Positions 1 to 10,100 are shown, numbered from the stretch's first letter. The stretch is DNA of 20,000 bases from Chromera velia (GCA_018398765.1 JAHBMJ010000090.1:118061-138060); one strand, 5' to 3'. The notes: generated by a model not told the origin, from the sequence alone. Program-made: numbers and translations.

Positions 1-200
1 ACCCATGGCTCTGCAGGCATCATCGTAGTAGGTGTGTTTCTTCCCCTCCTTCTCTTTTGCTGCGGCCCCTGCTTTCTTTGAATTTCTGTGCAGGCGGGTC
101 GTATCCTGGATCGGGTGGATCAGAGCCACATCTCCCAAAACCGAGTCCCCGTTTCGCAAGGTTGCGAACCCACCGCTCTTTCACCTCATCCTCCCATATT
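1..200 (-). mobile_element. Decayed fragment of a non-LTR retrotransposon restriction-like endonuclease (RLE) domain, CRE/NeSL/R2-type; runs off the window start
   Basis: Manual minus-strand translation gives GERA[1-nt frameshift; D]GFATLRNGDSVLGDVALIHPIQDTTRLHRNSKKAGAAAKEKEGKKHTYYDDACRAMG. This matches the RxD...DV-x3-HP...GAAA-x3-E-x2-K-x3-Y pattern of RLE domains. A stop and a frameshift upstream indicate a relic. Confidence 0.62.
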
Positions 201-231
201 GTATGGATGAGCGCTCGCGCTTAATTGCGCA

Positions 232-260
232 CATGCATGCATGCATGCATGGTTGCATGC
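232..260. promoter_or_regulatory. (ATGC)n / TGCATGCA motif cluster upstream of the membrane-protein gene
   Basis: catgcatgcatgcatgcatg at 232-251, then ttgcatgc. TGCATGCA is a known over-represented, ApiAP2-bound motif in apicomplexans. A function here is inference. Confidence 0.3.
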
Positions 261-742
261 CGGAACCGGTTGGGGACATACACTTCATAAACCGCGTGAA
301 TTTTCATTTACGGAACGCGTCTGCATGACCTTTGCGGCATGCATTACTCCAATCCGTCAGAACGGACACTGTTTGAGCACCTGGTAGTGTCCCAGTGCCG
401 CCGAGATCAAAAATTGGCATGCAGTTGACGTGATGACGTCATATTGAAGCACGCTAGGGGGGGGGCTGGGTCCGAGCTGGAGAGCACATGGCGAAGTAGA
501 AAGTCAAAGTAAGAGATCATGGCACGGTGTTGCGTAAGGACATTTATTTATATGCATTGCCGAAGTCCGTGGTGGTTTGTATCCTGCGGAGGAACCTCAA
601 AATCTCCTCTGTGAAATAGTCAATGTGAGTGTATGCTGAGTAGAGAGACAGACCACGACGTCAAGAAATCCTGAAGATGGAACCCTCGTCGCCTCATTCC
701 CAGCCAAAGGCCTCTACAATCATCCAACAACAATAACTACAG

Positions 743-1972
743 GGATGCGGGAGCAGACTTCTCCCTTATAGTGCATTCAGCGAGTCAAGGGGGCGACCCC
801 AAGACTATGTTCCTCTGGAGCACAGAGCGTCATGCTCATACATTTTAGCCACGTGCAATGTGAGCCCTTGGCGGTACTCTGTGTTCCTGGTGGTCTGTCT
901 AATGTGGGTATTTTTGGTTGCTTTGGAGATTTGGATAGCAATCTCTTACGACGAAACTCCAGATGAATTTGTGCACAACGAGCTGCCTCTGCAAGTAGCT
1001 TTGACAGTTTATCACGTCGCCTTGGGTCTGCTTTTTTGCCTTTTTCTGTTGCCGTTTCTCGCTCCCACATCGTTTATATACATGTGGATGCATCGGCTTT
1101 TCATCTTTGCCGGATTGATTCTCTCTGCTTCCTCTGTCGGCTTCAGTCCTGAGGTGCTCCTCCCTGGGGTTGTGGCGATTTGGATTGCATTTGCAGAGAT
1201 TAACCTGAGCACTTTCCCCCGCCGACCTGTAGCACGGATTCTATTTACCAGCGTCGTGAAGTTGCTTTCCTTCTGCGACCTTGCCCTAAACTTTCTGCTG
1301 GGATTCATCCTCATCGCAGATCCCGATGAAACTCGGCAATCATACGGCTGGGCCATACTTGCCATAACGTTTACACTCCTTCTGATGCCCACTATAGTGA
1401 TTCTAGAGAACGACGAGCTCCATAGGGATCAGAGGGTGGAGACCCACCATGCCATGCTTTTGGGCGAGCCTATCATTCTGATTCTTGAGTGTCTTATTTT
1501 TCCCTTCACAGAGGCGACCCCAGTTGAAACCACCATTGCGATTGGATCTATTCTCGGCAACACCACAGCTTTCATAATTGGAGTCCTTGAGTTGACCAGA
1601 GTGATCAACTTGGATGATTGGGGTAGGAAAGCGCGTGCAATGCTTTCCCGCTCCCCCTGCTTGGTTTGTTGCCGCGAGTCTGCACAGAGTCTTGTCATAA
1701 GACGTTCTCTCTCTCGTGTCAGAACAAGGCCCAGAACGCTTCCGGGCTGTGACTCATTTTCCCCCCAAGCGCTAGAGCTAGCCCCGAGCGAAAACATATG
1801 CCAGAGAGGCTGTGGAGGCTTCAAATCAATTGAAAGTCTCACAGTCTCCAGACGAAGACCCAGAGCACAATACAGGAATCACGCCAAAGGACGACAAGGA
1901 ATGGAAAAGGGTGGGAGAGGTACTCGAAGAAGGCGGAGAAGACAGTGCAGAGGACAAAGAAGAGAACGTTAG
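743..1972 (+). CDS. Multi-pass membrane protein (~8 hydrophobic segments); start and 3' end uncertain, probably spliced
   Basis: The frame is open from 737 (TAA at 734) to 1972. The track's start at 860 is a GTG, and an acceptor-like ctacAG lies at 741-742. About 8 TM-like stretches fall between 860 and 1600 (e.g. YSVFLVVCLMWVFLVALEIWIAISY, DLALNFLLGFILIA, YGWAILAITFTLLLMPTIVIL). An acidic alternative-frame tail at 1782-2060 may be the true last exon. Confidence 0.7.
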   Translation, partial: GCGSRLLPYSAFSESRGRPQDYVPLEHRASCSYILATCNVSPWRYSVFLVVCLMWVFLVALEIWIAISYDETPDEFVHNELPLQVALTVYHVALGLLFCLFLLPFLAPTSFIYMWMHRLFIFAGLILSASSVGFSPEVLLPGVVAIWIAFAEINLSTFPRRPVARILFTSVVKLLSFCDLALNFLLGFILIADPDETRQSYGWAILAITFTLLLMPTIVILENDELHRDQRVETHHAMLLGEPIILILECLIFPFTEATPVETTIAIGSILGNTTAFIIGVLELTRVINLDDWGRKARAMLSRSPCLVCCRESAQSLVIRRSLSRVRTRPRTLPGCDSFSPQALELAPSENICQRGCGGFKSIESLTVSRRRPRAQYRNHAKGRQGMEKGGRGTRRRRRRQCRGQRRER

Positions 1973-2533
1973 TATTTTTCCCAACGAGGCCATCGAACGC
2001 CCTCCACTGCCATCATCTGAATTTCGTCCGCCCTCTTTTTTTCAAACAGCGAGGAAGTGAACGTACTTAGCAGTCTGAGACTTAAAGTTTTTGATCAATT
2101 CTAATCATGCACCACGTGTTGCAGACACTTCAGCAGATTCTCAATCGCATCAACTGGCTTTTTTAGAAGATGATACTGACCATGCGGAAATTTATTAAAG
2201 GCCCAGCGAGAACCGATCCTCTAGCTCGAACGACCAATTTCAAAGATTCGATCAGTTGCCAAATCGTCATTAAATAATACAATAAAAATCTGATACATCT
2301 CTAATTGGCTGCTAGGAGCACGGCTCCACTCTAGCAAAGCCAACTTCATTCATTCATTCAATTGTTGCTTCATTTAAAACCTAGTTTAAAACCCTAACTG
2401 AATGCCGGACTCAGTGGATTGCTTGCATGATCTTGCATGCCAGTGCTTGACAGGGTGTCACTGAGTGATTGATTGAACTGACAACAATTTGAAACATTGT
2501 TTTTTTTAAGCATACAAACTTAAAATAGAAAGT

Positions 2534-2538
2534 TTCAA
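2534..2538. repeat. Left target-site duplication TTCAA
   Basis: TTCAA immediately left of the LTR at 2539; an identical copy lies at 12538-12542. Confidence 0.9.
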
Positions 2539-2834
2539 AGATAATCAAAGTATAGGTTATACAGACGTATACTAGCTATGCTATCATCGAGCTCAAGATT
2601 ACAGAGCCCTTTAGCTTGGACAACATACTCATGTATAGAAAGTCTGTCTGCCTAAAGGTCTGAACTGAAACCTCCTGATATCGATTTATTGATCTCAATC
2701 ACCGCGAAGATGAAACTGAAATAAAATGTATGTAGAAATACAATATGCATGGAAACGCATGCACGGCAGCATGGCGGCACGGGCCGATGGCAGCGTTACT
2801 CGCAGTTGTGGCAACAGACCCACATGGCTCTACT
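2539..2834 (-). repeat. 3' LTR (296 bp)
   Basis: agataatcaaag...ggctctact aligns without gaps to 12242-12537, with 21 mismatches by manual count (~93% identity). Confidence 0.95.
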
Positions 2835-2842
2835 TCCCCCCT
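2835..2842 (-). other. Polypurine tract
   Basis: Minus-strand AGGGGGGA directly abuts the start of the 3' LTR (AGTAGAG). Confidence 0.75.
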
Positions 2843-2949
2843 GGGGAAGGTAAGCAGTATGTCAACAGGGTTGTCTGAACTCATCAAGATCAGTCGCATA
2901 CTCCAACCAACTGAGCTTATTCAAAGTCTGCTGACCATGTGTCATCAAA

Positions 2950-3179
2950 TTTCTTGAACTTTGTTAGTCTATCTGCCAACTGTTAAGTCTTTCCATCGTA
3001 GTGACGAAGCTTTACGTCCATTCTTTTCACTTCCTGCACACACCAGGCCAAAATCCTGGACAGTCCCTCTTCCTTCTTTGCTACCCCCATTTCCATTTGA
3101 CTGAGGCTTGTTGCGCTATCTGAAAACAAAACAACCTCAAGTGAGGGAAAAAGGAAATGAAGAGTGCGAAGCATCAAGG
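2950..3179 (-). pseudogene. Copia RNase H, C-terminal half
   Basis: LMLRTLHFLFPSLEVVLFSDSATSLSQM...VKLRHYDGKT*QLADRLTK matches the copia RNase H motifs CDNxSA and NQxADxLTK. In-frame TAA at 2983-2985. Confidence 0.85.
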
Positions 3180-3184
3180 CCTGT

Positions 3185-3362
3185 GACACACACACACACA
3201 CATACACACAGATAGACACATACACACACAAGGCCTCAGATGTATATCTTCTTGTTTTTTTTCCTTTTTTACCGTTTTTTATGTTTCATTCACCTCCCTC
3301 ATATAGCTTTACACGCGTACACGTATGTACTTATGTAGGCAAACACACACACCATACATACA

Positions 3363-3394
<32 letters not shown>

Positions 3395-3518
3395 GACAGA
3401 CAGACAGACAGACAGATAGACAGAGTGTGTGGTGGTGGTGGGGGAAGGAGAAGAACATGGGCCGGAAAAGAGCAGGCAGAGAAGCGCTGGAACGGAAGGG
3501 GACCGAGAGAGGGAGAGC

Positions 3519-3576
<58 letters not shown>

Positions 3577-3582
3577 ACATAC

Positions 3583-3618
<36 letters not shown>

Positions 3619-3830
3619 ACATATACACATTCACATACACACACAGACATACACACACACACATAGACATGCACACACACACATACATATAAACACACAA
3701 ACATACAAACACACGTTCACGAAGACATGCTAGTCACTAGAAGCAGAACCTCATGTTGGCATTACTTTTGTTATTCTCTCTCTCTCTCTCTCATACACAC
3801 AAACGTATAAACACACATACATAGACACAC

Positions 3831-3865
<35 letters not shown>

Positions 3866-4022
3866 TACATACACACACACCTGTATGCATGAATTATGTC
3901 CTGATTGGAATATAAGGGCATGCAGGCTCATTGTTTCAAACACACAAGCAGCAAGAGCTAGTGCCGAAATAAAAAAGCTTTCCAGCATGCACGGATCCCC
4001 CTTCTCACACATTTACATACAT

Positions 4023-4067
<45 letters not shown>

Positions 4068-4125
4068 TACATACATACATCTACACCTACACCTATACAC
4101 CTATATACATATATGTACACATACT
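3185..4125. repeat. Compound (CA)n/(CATA)n/(GACA)n/(TA)n/(CT)n microsatellite cluster
   Basis: Directly visible; it explains the HTHT/CVCV ORFs in the track. Confidence 0.95.
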
Positions 4126-4438
4126 AAGGTACACGCCTGCAGAGATACAGAAAGACTCAAAACGGAAAGGAATGGAAAACGCTGAAAAGAAACAGAGCTT
4201 TGAGAGCCTGGCAGACCAAAAACAAGCCGCTGACGCAAATGCCGCAAGATGGACCCAATTTCTACATGGGTACTCAGAGATGGTGTTTTCCTCAGGTGAA
4301 TTTACCTAAACGCACATTCAAAGGACATACACATGGAAAAGAGTCAAAGACAACAGCAAGAACAGAGAGAGAAAAAAAAAAAGAAAATTCAAAAGGTTTC
4401 AAAACAATCTGGAAACCAGTTCCTGAGGATTTGTCTCC

Positions 4439-4439
4439 T

Positions 4440-4470
<31 letters not shown>

Positions 4471-4540
4471 ACACACACATACACATATACATACAGACAT
4501 ACACACATACGTGCACGCACACATCCTCACACACACATAC
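4439..4540. repeat. (CA)n-type microsatellite
   Basis: Directly visible. Confidence 0.9.
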
Positions 4541-5077
4541 AGAAAACCCGGATGGGAGGTGGATGGGGGAGAACAGTGAGGAGTTGGAACATGAAAAGTA
4601 GATTGGCTTGCGTCCTGAAGGGTACCGGTGGCGGCTGCACTGCTTTTTTAGCCTTATTCCACTCTTTGTCCTGCCTCAAATTTCTGGAAGTGCTGTGACC
4701 CCCCCTTCTCGTTGTTACCGGAAAAAACAGGTCTGATTCTTCCGGTAAGGGGGGGGGTTTACCGATTTTTTTTGTCGAAAAAAAATTAAAAGTGGTTATT
4801 TTGACATTAGTAATCGATTGGGACCACTTCTTTTTTTTTCCGATAAAAAAAATCGGTGAACCCCCCCCCTTATCGGAAGAATCAGACCTATTTTTTCTAG
4901 TAACTCTCAGGGGGGGGGTCACGGCACTACCGGAAATTTAGGGCTGGAAAGAGAGTGGAATGAAGCCAAAAGAGCAGTGCAGCCACCACCGGTACCCTTC
5001 AGGAGGCAAGCCAATCTACTTTTTATGTCCTAACTCCTCACTGTTCTCCTTCACCAGCCTTCCACCAGATTCTTTGT
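4539..5077. repeat. Long imperfect inverted repeat (foldback): arms ~4539-4797 and ~4822-5077, spacer ~24 bp
   Basis: The reverse complement of the left arm (…gcagtgcagccgccaccggtacccttcaggacgcaagccaatctac…) matches the right arm (…gcagtgcagccaccaccggtacccttcaggaggcaagccaatctac…) along its length, roughly 80-85% by eye. Confidence 0.92.
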
Positions 5078-6737
5078 TCCTTTGCCACCCACCCCGGCCC
5101 ACTAAGTCTTATGACGCTGTCGGCCCCGGCTCCGGCCTTGGGCCCCACCCTGTCCCCTTGTGGTACGCCGCCAGCCCCGGCCCCGACCCCGGCTTCCTTT
5201 GCCAGTCGCAGATATTTACTGGACCCAAACGTTTCACCGCTCACTCCAGCTGGCCCCGCCTTGTTTGCTCAGAGTTTTCTGTGACGCCGCTGGCCCCGGG
5301 CCCAACCTTCGGGTCCAGCCGCCACCCCTGCCCGCATCCTTTCCCCGGCCTCCGTCGATGAACGTCGCCCCGGACCAGCGCTCCGGCCTGCTTACCCCCT
5401 TAATCCGCCCGCTCCTCCTCATTCCTTCGTCCCACTTTTTGCTTCGCAGGCATCCAGACGTTGGGGCTAGCGTTGGGGCCGGGGAAAGCTGGGGCGGGTG
5501 CCAGGATAGGGGCCAAGTCGTCTCAAGCACAGAGAAAAGATTCAAACACAGACAGGCATGCAGTGAAAGGGAGACAAACAGGGAGCGGGGGGAGCCAACC
5601 CCCTCTCTCCTCCTATTGGCTCTCCCTAGGTTACTATACTCACTCTTCTCTCTTTCTGAATCATGCCTCCTTGATACCCTTGACTGTTTTTGATTGGCAG
5701 GCATGGGTGCAAAGCGATGCGACTGACACAGACCGAATGAAAACAAACTACAACAACTGACCCAGAGAGACAGCTATCGCATAGGTCTTCAAGCGCCGTT
5801 CCTGATCGAGTGCCCTTAAAATCAACGGAACCTGCATTCAATCGCATCCCCAAGAGACAACAAAGCCTAGAACAAAGCCAACGATGGTTCAAAGCAAACA
5901 TTTGCTCGACAGTACATTATGCGCTGACCCACACAGAAAGACGGAAATGAACACTCACCAGAAAAAGGGTGAAAGCAATCCCAGCTCCTCAGCAAAGGCA
6001 AAAAGGAATCCCAGATCCTGCATGCAGTCACAGAGCAAGAAAAGAATGAAGTTCCAGACGAGGGTCAGAGGTGCATCATGCTCCGACATGATGGAATGGC
6101 TTGTAAGCTTTGAGGAAGACAAACGGATGAACCCACCAAAAAGCACGCGGAGGCCCCTCTGACTCCCTCAAACAGCCTAGTGAGAGTCCCAAATCCTGCC
6201 TGCAGATACATACCAAGAAGATAAGGAAGTATGGGAGTTTGGACAAAAGTGGGCAAGCGCCTGATATGATGTAACGAGGGTCATGGCTAGCTCACGTCTG
6301 AGAGGAGACGGAATCTCAAACTCACCAGAAAGAAGACAAAGACAGCCGCAGTTCCCCCAGCAAAGCAAACAAAAGCTCGAAAGCTTGCATTGGGGCAAGC
6401 AGCAGAACAAGACATCGACCCAAGATTGGGAGCAAAACGACCCTCTCCAATTTTACCCACCTCATCTACTTGACAGAACGAGATGGGGAAATAAACCCAT
6501 GCCTAAAAGAAAAGAGACGGCTGAGGTTCCACCCAAAGTCTGCTCCTTATGCAAAGCGTAGAACAGCCCTGACTTCGATAAAGTGCGACTTGATCTGAGA
6601 ATATTAGGAAACATGAGCGGTGAACAGTAAACACTTCATAGACAGTGTGAAGAGAAATATACAGTGTGACTAGCTTATTAAAACCTTTGTCAAATCAGAG
6701 CTCATGCATGCTGCATTAATTCTACTGCGTACGTGCA

Positions 6738-6765
6738 TTAAAATCGGATTCCGATCCGATTTTAA
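6738..6765. other. Perfect 12-bp hairpin
   Basis: TTAAAATCGGAT-TCCG-ATCCGATTTTAA; a CTAG follows at 6771-6774. Confidence 0.85.
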
Positions 6766-7023
6766 ATCCCCTAGCTTGAAAGCTTTACGAGCTGCAGTGC
6801 GTACGGCCGCTGCGGACTATTAATTATTTGGGGGGGCGCGCGGACGCAGGCTTACACTCGGTCATGCACCATCATACGTGCAGGTGCAATACTTTTTCTA
6901 TAGCACTCGCTAACTATGATTCATGAACGTAAAAATGCACTTGTAAAATGTTTAAAACTCTTTGTTTCTACTTTTTAACCACTGTTTACTGCCCAAACAT
7001 GCTTGCGGGATAGGGTTGTTTTG

Positions 7024-7053
7024 GAGACCGTTTTGGTGTTAGAGACCGTTTTG
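7024..7053. repeat. Subterminal 12-bp direct repeat at the right end of the nested insertion
   Basis: GAGACCGTTTTG at 7024-7035 and 7042-7053. Confidence 0.85.
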
Positions 7054-7065
7054 AAAAATTTTCCC

Positions 7066-8300
7066 TTAGGGAAGACGTTTCAATCCCATTCGGATTGCAA
7101 GGAGCTCAACTTCAGGTGCAGACAATACCTTTCTCTTCTCCTTGTGAGTCGCCCAGTCAAGGATATTCAACCAACAAATCAAAGACCATGAGGCATCAAC
7201 AAGCTGAAAAAGAAAAGCAGACCAAGAGGAACAGGTGGATGCATCAAATGCTGCATCTACAAACAAACGTAGTTGTACAAAACGAAAACAAATGCGCACA
7301 AACCTGAGCCTCTTTCTCTTTGCTGCAACTAAATGCAAGACAGTGATCACTGCAGCAAGATGCCTGACTGTGGGTGTATTGGAGAACTGTGCAAGTGTGG
7401 AGACAGCAAAAGCAATGTTGAATCATGAACGAGAGACCCACATGGCTTTCCCTAGCCACTTTCTTATCTCACCCTCAACGCGGATGTCGATCTTGCCTGG
7501 AGAAGGAGGCAAAAAGTCTGATTCCACCAACACCCCACTTCTTTTCCCGAGAGGCAAAGCCTTCAGAGTCAAGTACCCCTCCATCGATTGGCAGATTGCT
7601 TCATCTGTCCTGAACACATCAAAACCAACCAGCTTAACACTCTTGAATGAAAGCAAAGTCGCGTCGTCTATTGATACGGATCCTGTCTGTACAATCTATT
7701 TCAAGGTTGAAAGAGGACAAGGGGATGCACAAGTCAAATCATCGACGTGATGAGACAGCATTGCCTTCACGTCAAGAGTCTGCACCTCAGTGATGGATGA
7801 ATCATCTGCTCTGGCTAACTGAGGAACAGTCACCCCCTTATTTATCTTTATATGGGTACTTTCCATGATCTCTCTCCATCTAATTCTGAAAAGAACTTGA
7901 CGCAAAAAGAGACCAAAGATTCGTGGTGCATCTTTCAAGCCATATGCTGCCGAATGCAAAAGATACACAACTCCTGATTTGAACCCCCTCGCAATGGCTG
8001 CTGGAGGTAACCACTTTGGCATTCTGACTCCAATCCTCCCTACTGACTCAGGAAGGTGCGGCTGCAGAAAGGCACATGTCACATCTGTAAACGCAACTCC
8101 CCACGACTTCACCAAAGTAAAGATAAAAAGAATGCGAAGAGAGGTGACGTCTGGAGTGCCAGAATATATCTCTACGTTCCTTCTGTTGAAAAAGGAGTTG
8201 CCAGCGAGAACAAGCCTCGCTTTTGCCTTTCTGATCATGGACCCCCCCGCACTGACTAATTTCCATGTCATCACCCACATCAAAGGGATGATTGTCAGAA
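7066..8300 (-). pseudogene. Copia reverse transcriptase plus RNase H N-terminal half
   Basis: One frame with in-frame stops at 7696 (TAG) and 7423 (TGA). Motifs: KAKARLV, DVTCAFLQ, AAYGLKDAPRIF (cf. YGLKQAPRxW), HHVDDL (cf. YVDD), SRS*FNIAFAVSTLAQF (cf. TRPDIAFAVSxLSQF), LFVDAAF, and DWATHKEKRKVLSAPEVELLA (cf. SWxSKKQxxVALSTxEAEY). Confidence 0.95.
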
Positions 8301-9077
8301 GGGAAAAAACAGAAGAAGCGGCCGAAAAGGAAGAAGACTGTCCAGTTGCAGGAAGCTCCTCCCGCAATGACTGAAAATAAACCTACTTCCCAATCTCTTT
8401 ATCTCTCGCATCATTGAACTTTCCGTCTTTCACTTCTTTCCATTCGGCTTTCTTGTGGGTCTTTCCCACCTCACTCTCTACTGTGAGACAGTCTGGCTTG
8501 CTGTCTACCTTCTGACACTTTTCTGCCACTTCAGTGCCATGTCCTCTACATTCAAAAGAAAACAAACGAGCAGAACAAACAGAAAAAAAATCATATGAGG
8601 GAGAGAAAGAAGAAGCAGAAAGAAAATTGACTCCTTCTCCCTGAGCTGCCCCCCCGTCGTCTCCCTGTCCCCCCTCTCTACCTGGCTGAGCTCCATTCAA
8701 AACATTCAAAATGTTTTGTGGAACCCTTTCCTCCCTCCCCACCTTTTGAAGGTCAAAGACGTTGGAGATTCTGTTCTCTGCCACCCTTTGCGTATTGCGA
8801 GTATCATCAAGACCCAAAGAACGGCTGAGAATGAGTCCTTTCACCAATAGAAAGCGATGGGACAGGAACTTGACCTGTTGGAGTGGGTTGACCGCACTCC
8901 ACAGGATAGAGACGGCCAGAAACCGAAACGAGTGCACATTGCCCCCTCAGCCCCCCCACTGTTGCAGCAAGGGCTGCAGGGGCAACCAAAACCGGAAGAA
9001 TAACCCCGTCCCCCCCCCCAATCCCCCCCCCTATCCTCTTCTCCTTTATTCACTTGCCCATCCCCCCCTTCCTCTCT

Positions 9078-10100
9078 CTACTCGTCGGATGAAAGATCAG
9101 AGGGAGGAAGATGAACACGTGAATGCGAAGAAGAACTGGAAAAAGAATTGGAGGAAGAAGGAATGTGACGATACATGATGAAAGAAAACAAACCGGAAAG
9201 TTGAAAGACTCTGGGATCGGCATGCTCAACGTCCTTCCAAGAAACAACCAATGCCTTCACCCAGCAGAATCGGACAGTGCACCACTCAAAAACCATGCAC
9301 TCTGACTGGGTGAGTCCGTAGGCAAAAACACTAAACAAGCCTTGGGGACGTGCTGTCTTATTCTTTCTTTTCCCCCCCCAAACGATTGGGTCCCCCGGCA
9401 TGAAGGATGCATCAGGAATCTCACTGGTGGCAGCAAAGATGGGAGAGGACCCCTGAGACGTGGCTGTTCAATTGTATGTATACTCAACACACAGAGCAAG
9501 AAAACAAAGCCATTTCAGTGGAAAACCAAATGTTGCAATCAGCGACTGAATTCCTTCCCTTAACATTCTGTGCCATCTTTCACAGGGACCCCGAGAAGAA
9601 TCAGGAGCAAAAGGGTCCACAACTGTACCTGTGGCATCGAGAACTTTACGCACAGGTCCTTTGGTCAGTCCTTTCTCCCCATCGCACCTGAAATGTTTCG
9701 GTGCCCCATACTGATGGATCGATTCATTCGTATACGGAACAAGATCTTCCCCCCCCTTTGAACCCACCACATGACAAAGTACGAGACTCATGTGGGCATC
9801 AATCTGAGAAAAACAAACCCAAGACGAAAAAGAAGAGAGTTCGAATGCAGGATCGAGTTCGGGCAAAAAGCAAAGATCCCCTCAGACCTCATCAAGGAAC
9901 GAGTGGGGCCTCGAGGGGGAGTCGGCGTCCCTGGTCCTCCATTTATGGTTGACCGCGTGAACCCGCTGACAGGAACCACACTAAGGGAGGGAAATATTCA
10001 ATCGAGACGTCGGAACAGAAAGAAAAGAAGTATTCCGTTACTCTTTCCAAGTGTTGATCAATCTCTTTACACTGGCATGCCCATAACGGAAATACTGAAG
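9078..10100 (-). pseudogene. Copia integrase (HHCC zinc motif plus DDE core)
   Basis: YFRYGH (~10075-10095; cf. HxRLGH) and CGSC (~9969-9980), followed by V*GDL, FRCDGEKG, GPCERWHRMLRE and YTYN*. Confidence 0.92.

Larger units (their letters stand above)
3180..7065. mobile_element. ~3.9-kb nested insertion of unknown type interrupting the copia RNase H
   Basis: The RNase H stops at ...LKRLP (~7069) and resumes at LMLRTL (~3177). Joining through the shared AGG (3177-3179 / 7068-7070) restores the frame (RLPLMLRTL). The insert has no copia similarity and contains microsatellites, a foldback and splice-like signals. Its right end reads GGGAAAATTTTTCAAAACGGTCTC on the minus strand. Confidence 0.75.

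Noticed and set aside
364..392. Short inverted repeat GGACACT...AGTGTCC
   Set aside because: A 7-bp stem is expected by chance, and there is no tRNA or other ncRNA architecture around it.
2699..2899. ORF with DNPVDILLT resembling the RNase H NPADILTK motif
   Set aside because: The in-frame QLADRLTK at ~2959-2982 is the better RNase H end. This ORF runs into the LTR and is probably coincidental.
3164..4127. Many ORFs rich in HTHT/CVCV
   Set aside because: They are translations of CA/TG microsatellites. The same applies to ORFs at 14666-14926, 15524-15847, 16719-17084 and 17857-18410 outside the modelled exons.
5626..6614. Possible Merlin/IS1595 transposase remnants (LFGGFIR, RSGTALEDL...GSVVV)
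   Set aside because: The motif resemblances are weak and scattered across frames. No DE/SD/NH catalytic motifs were found.
7235..8374. Plus-strand ORFs of 171 aa and 131 aa
   Set aside because: Antisense shadows of the copia RT.
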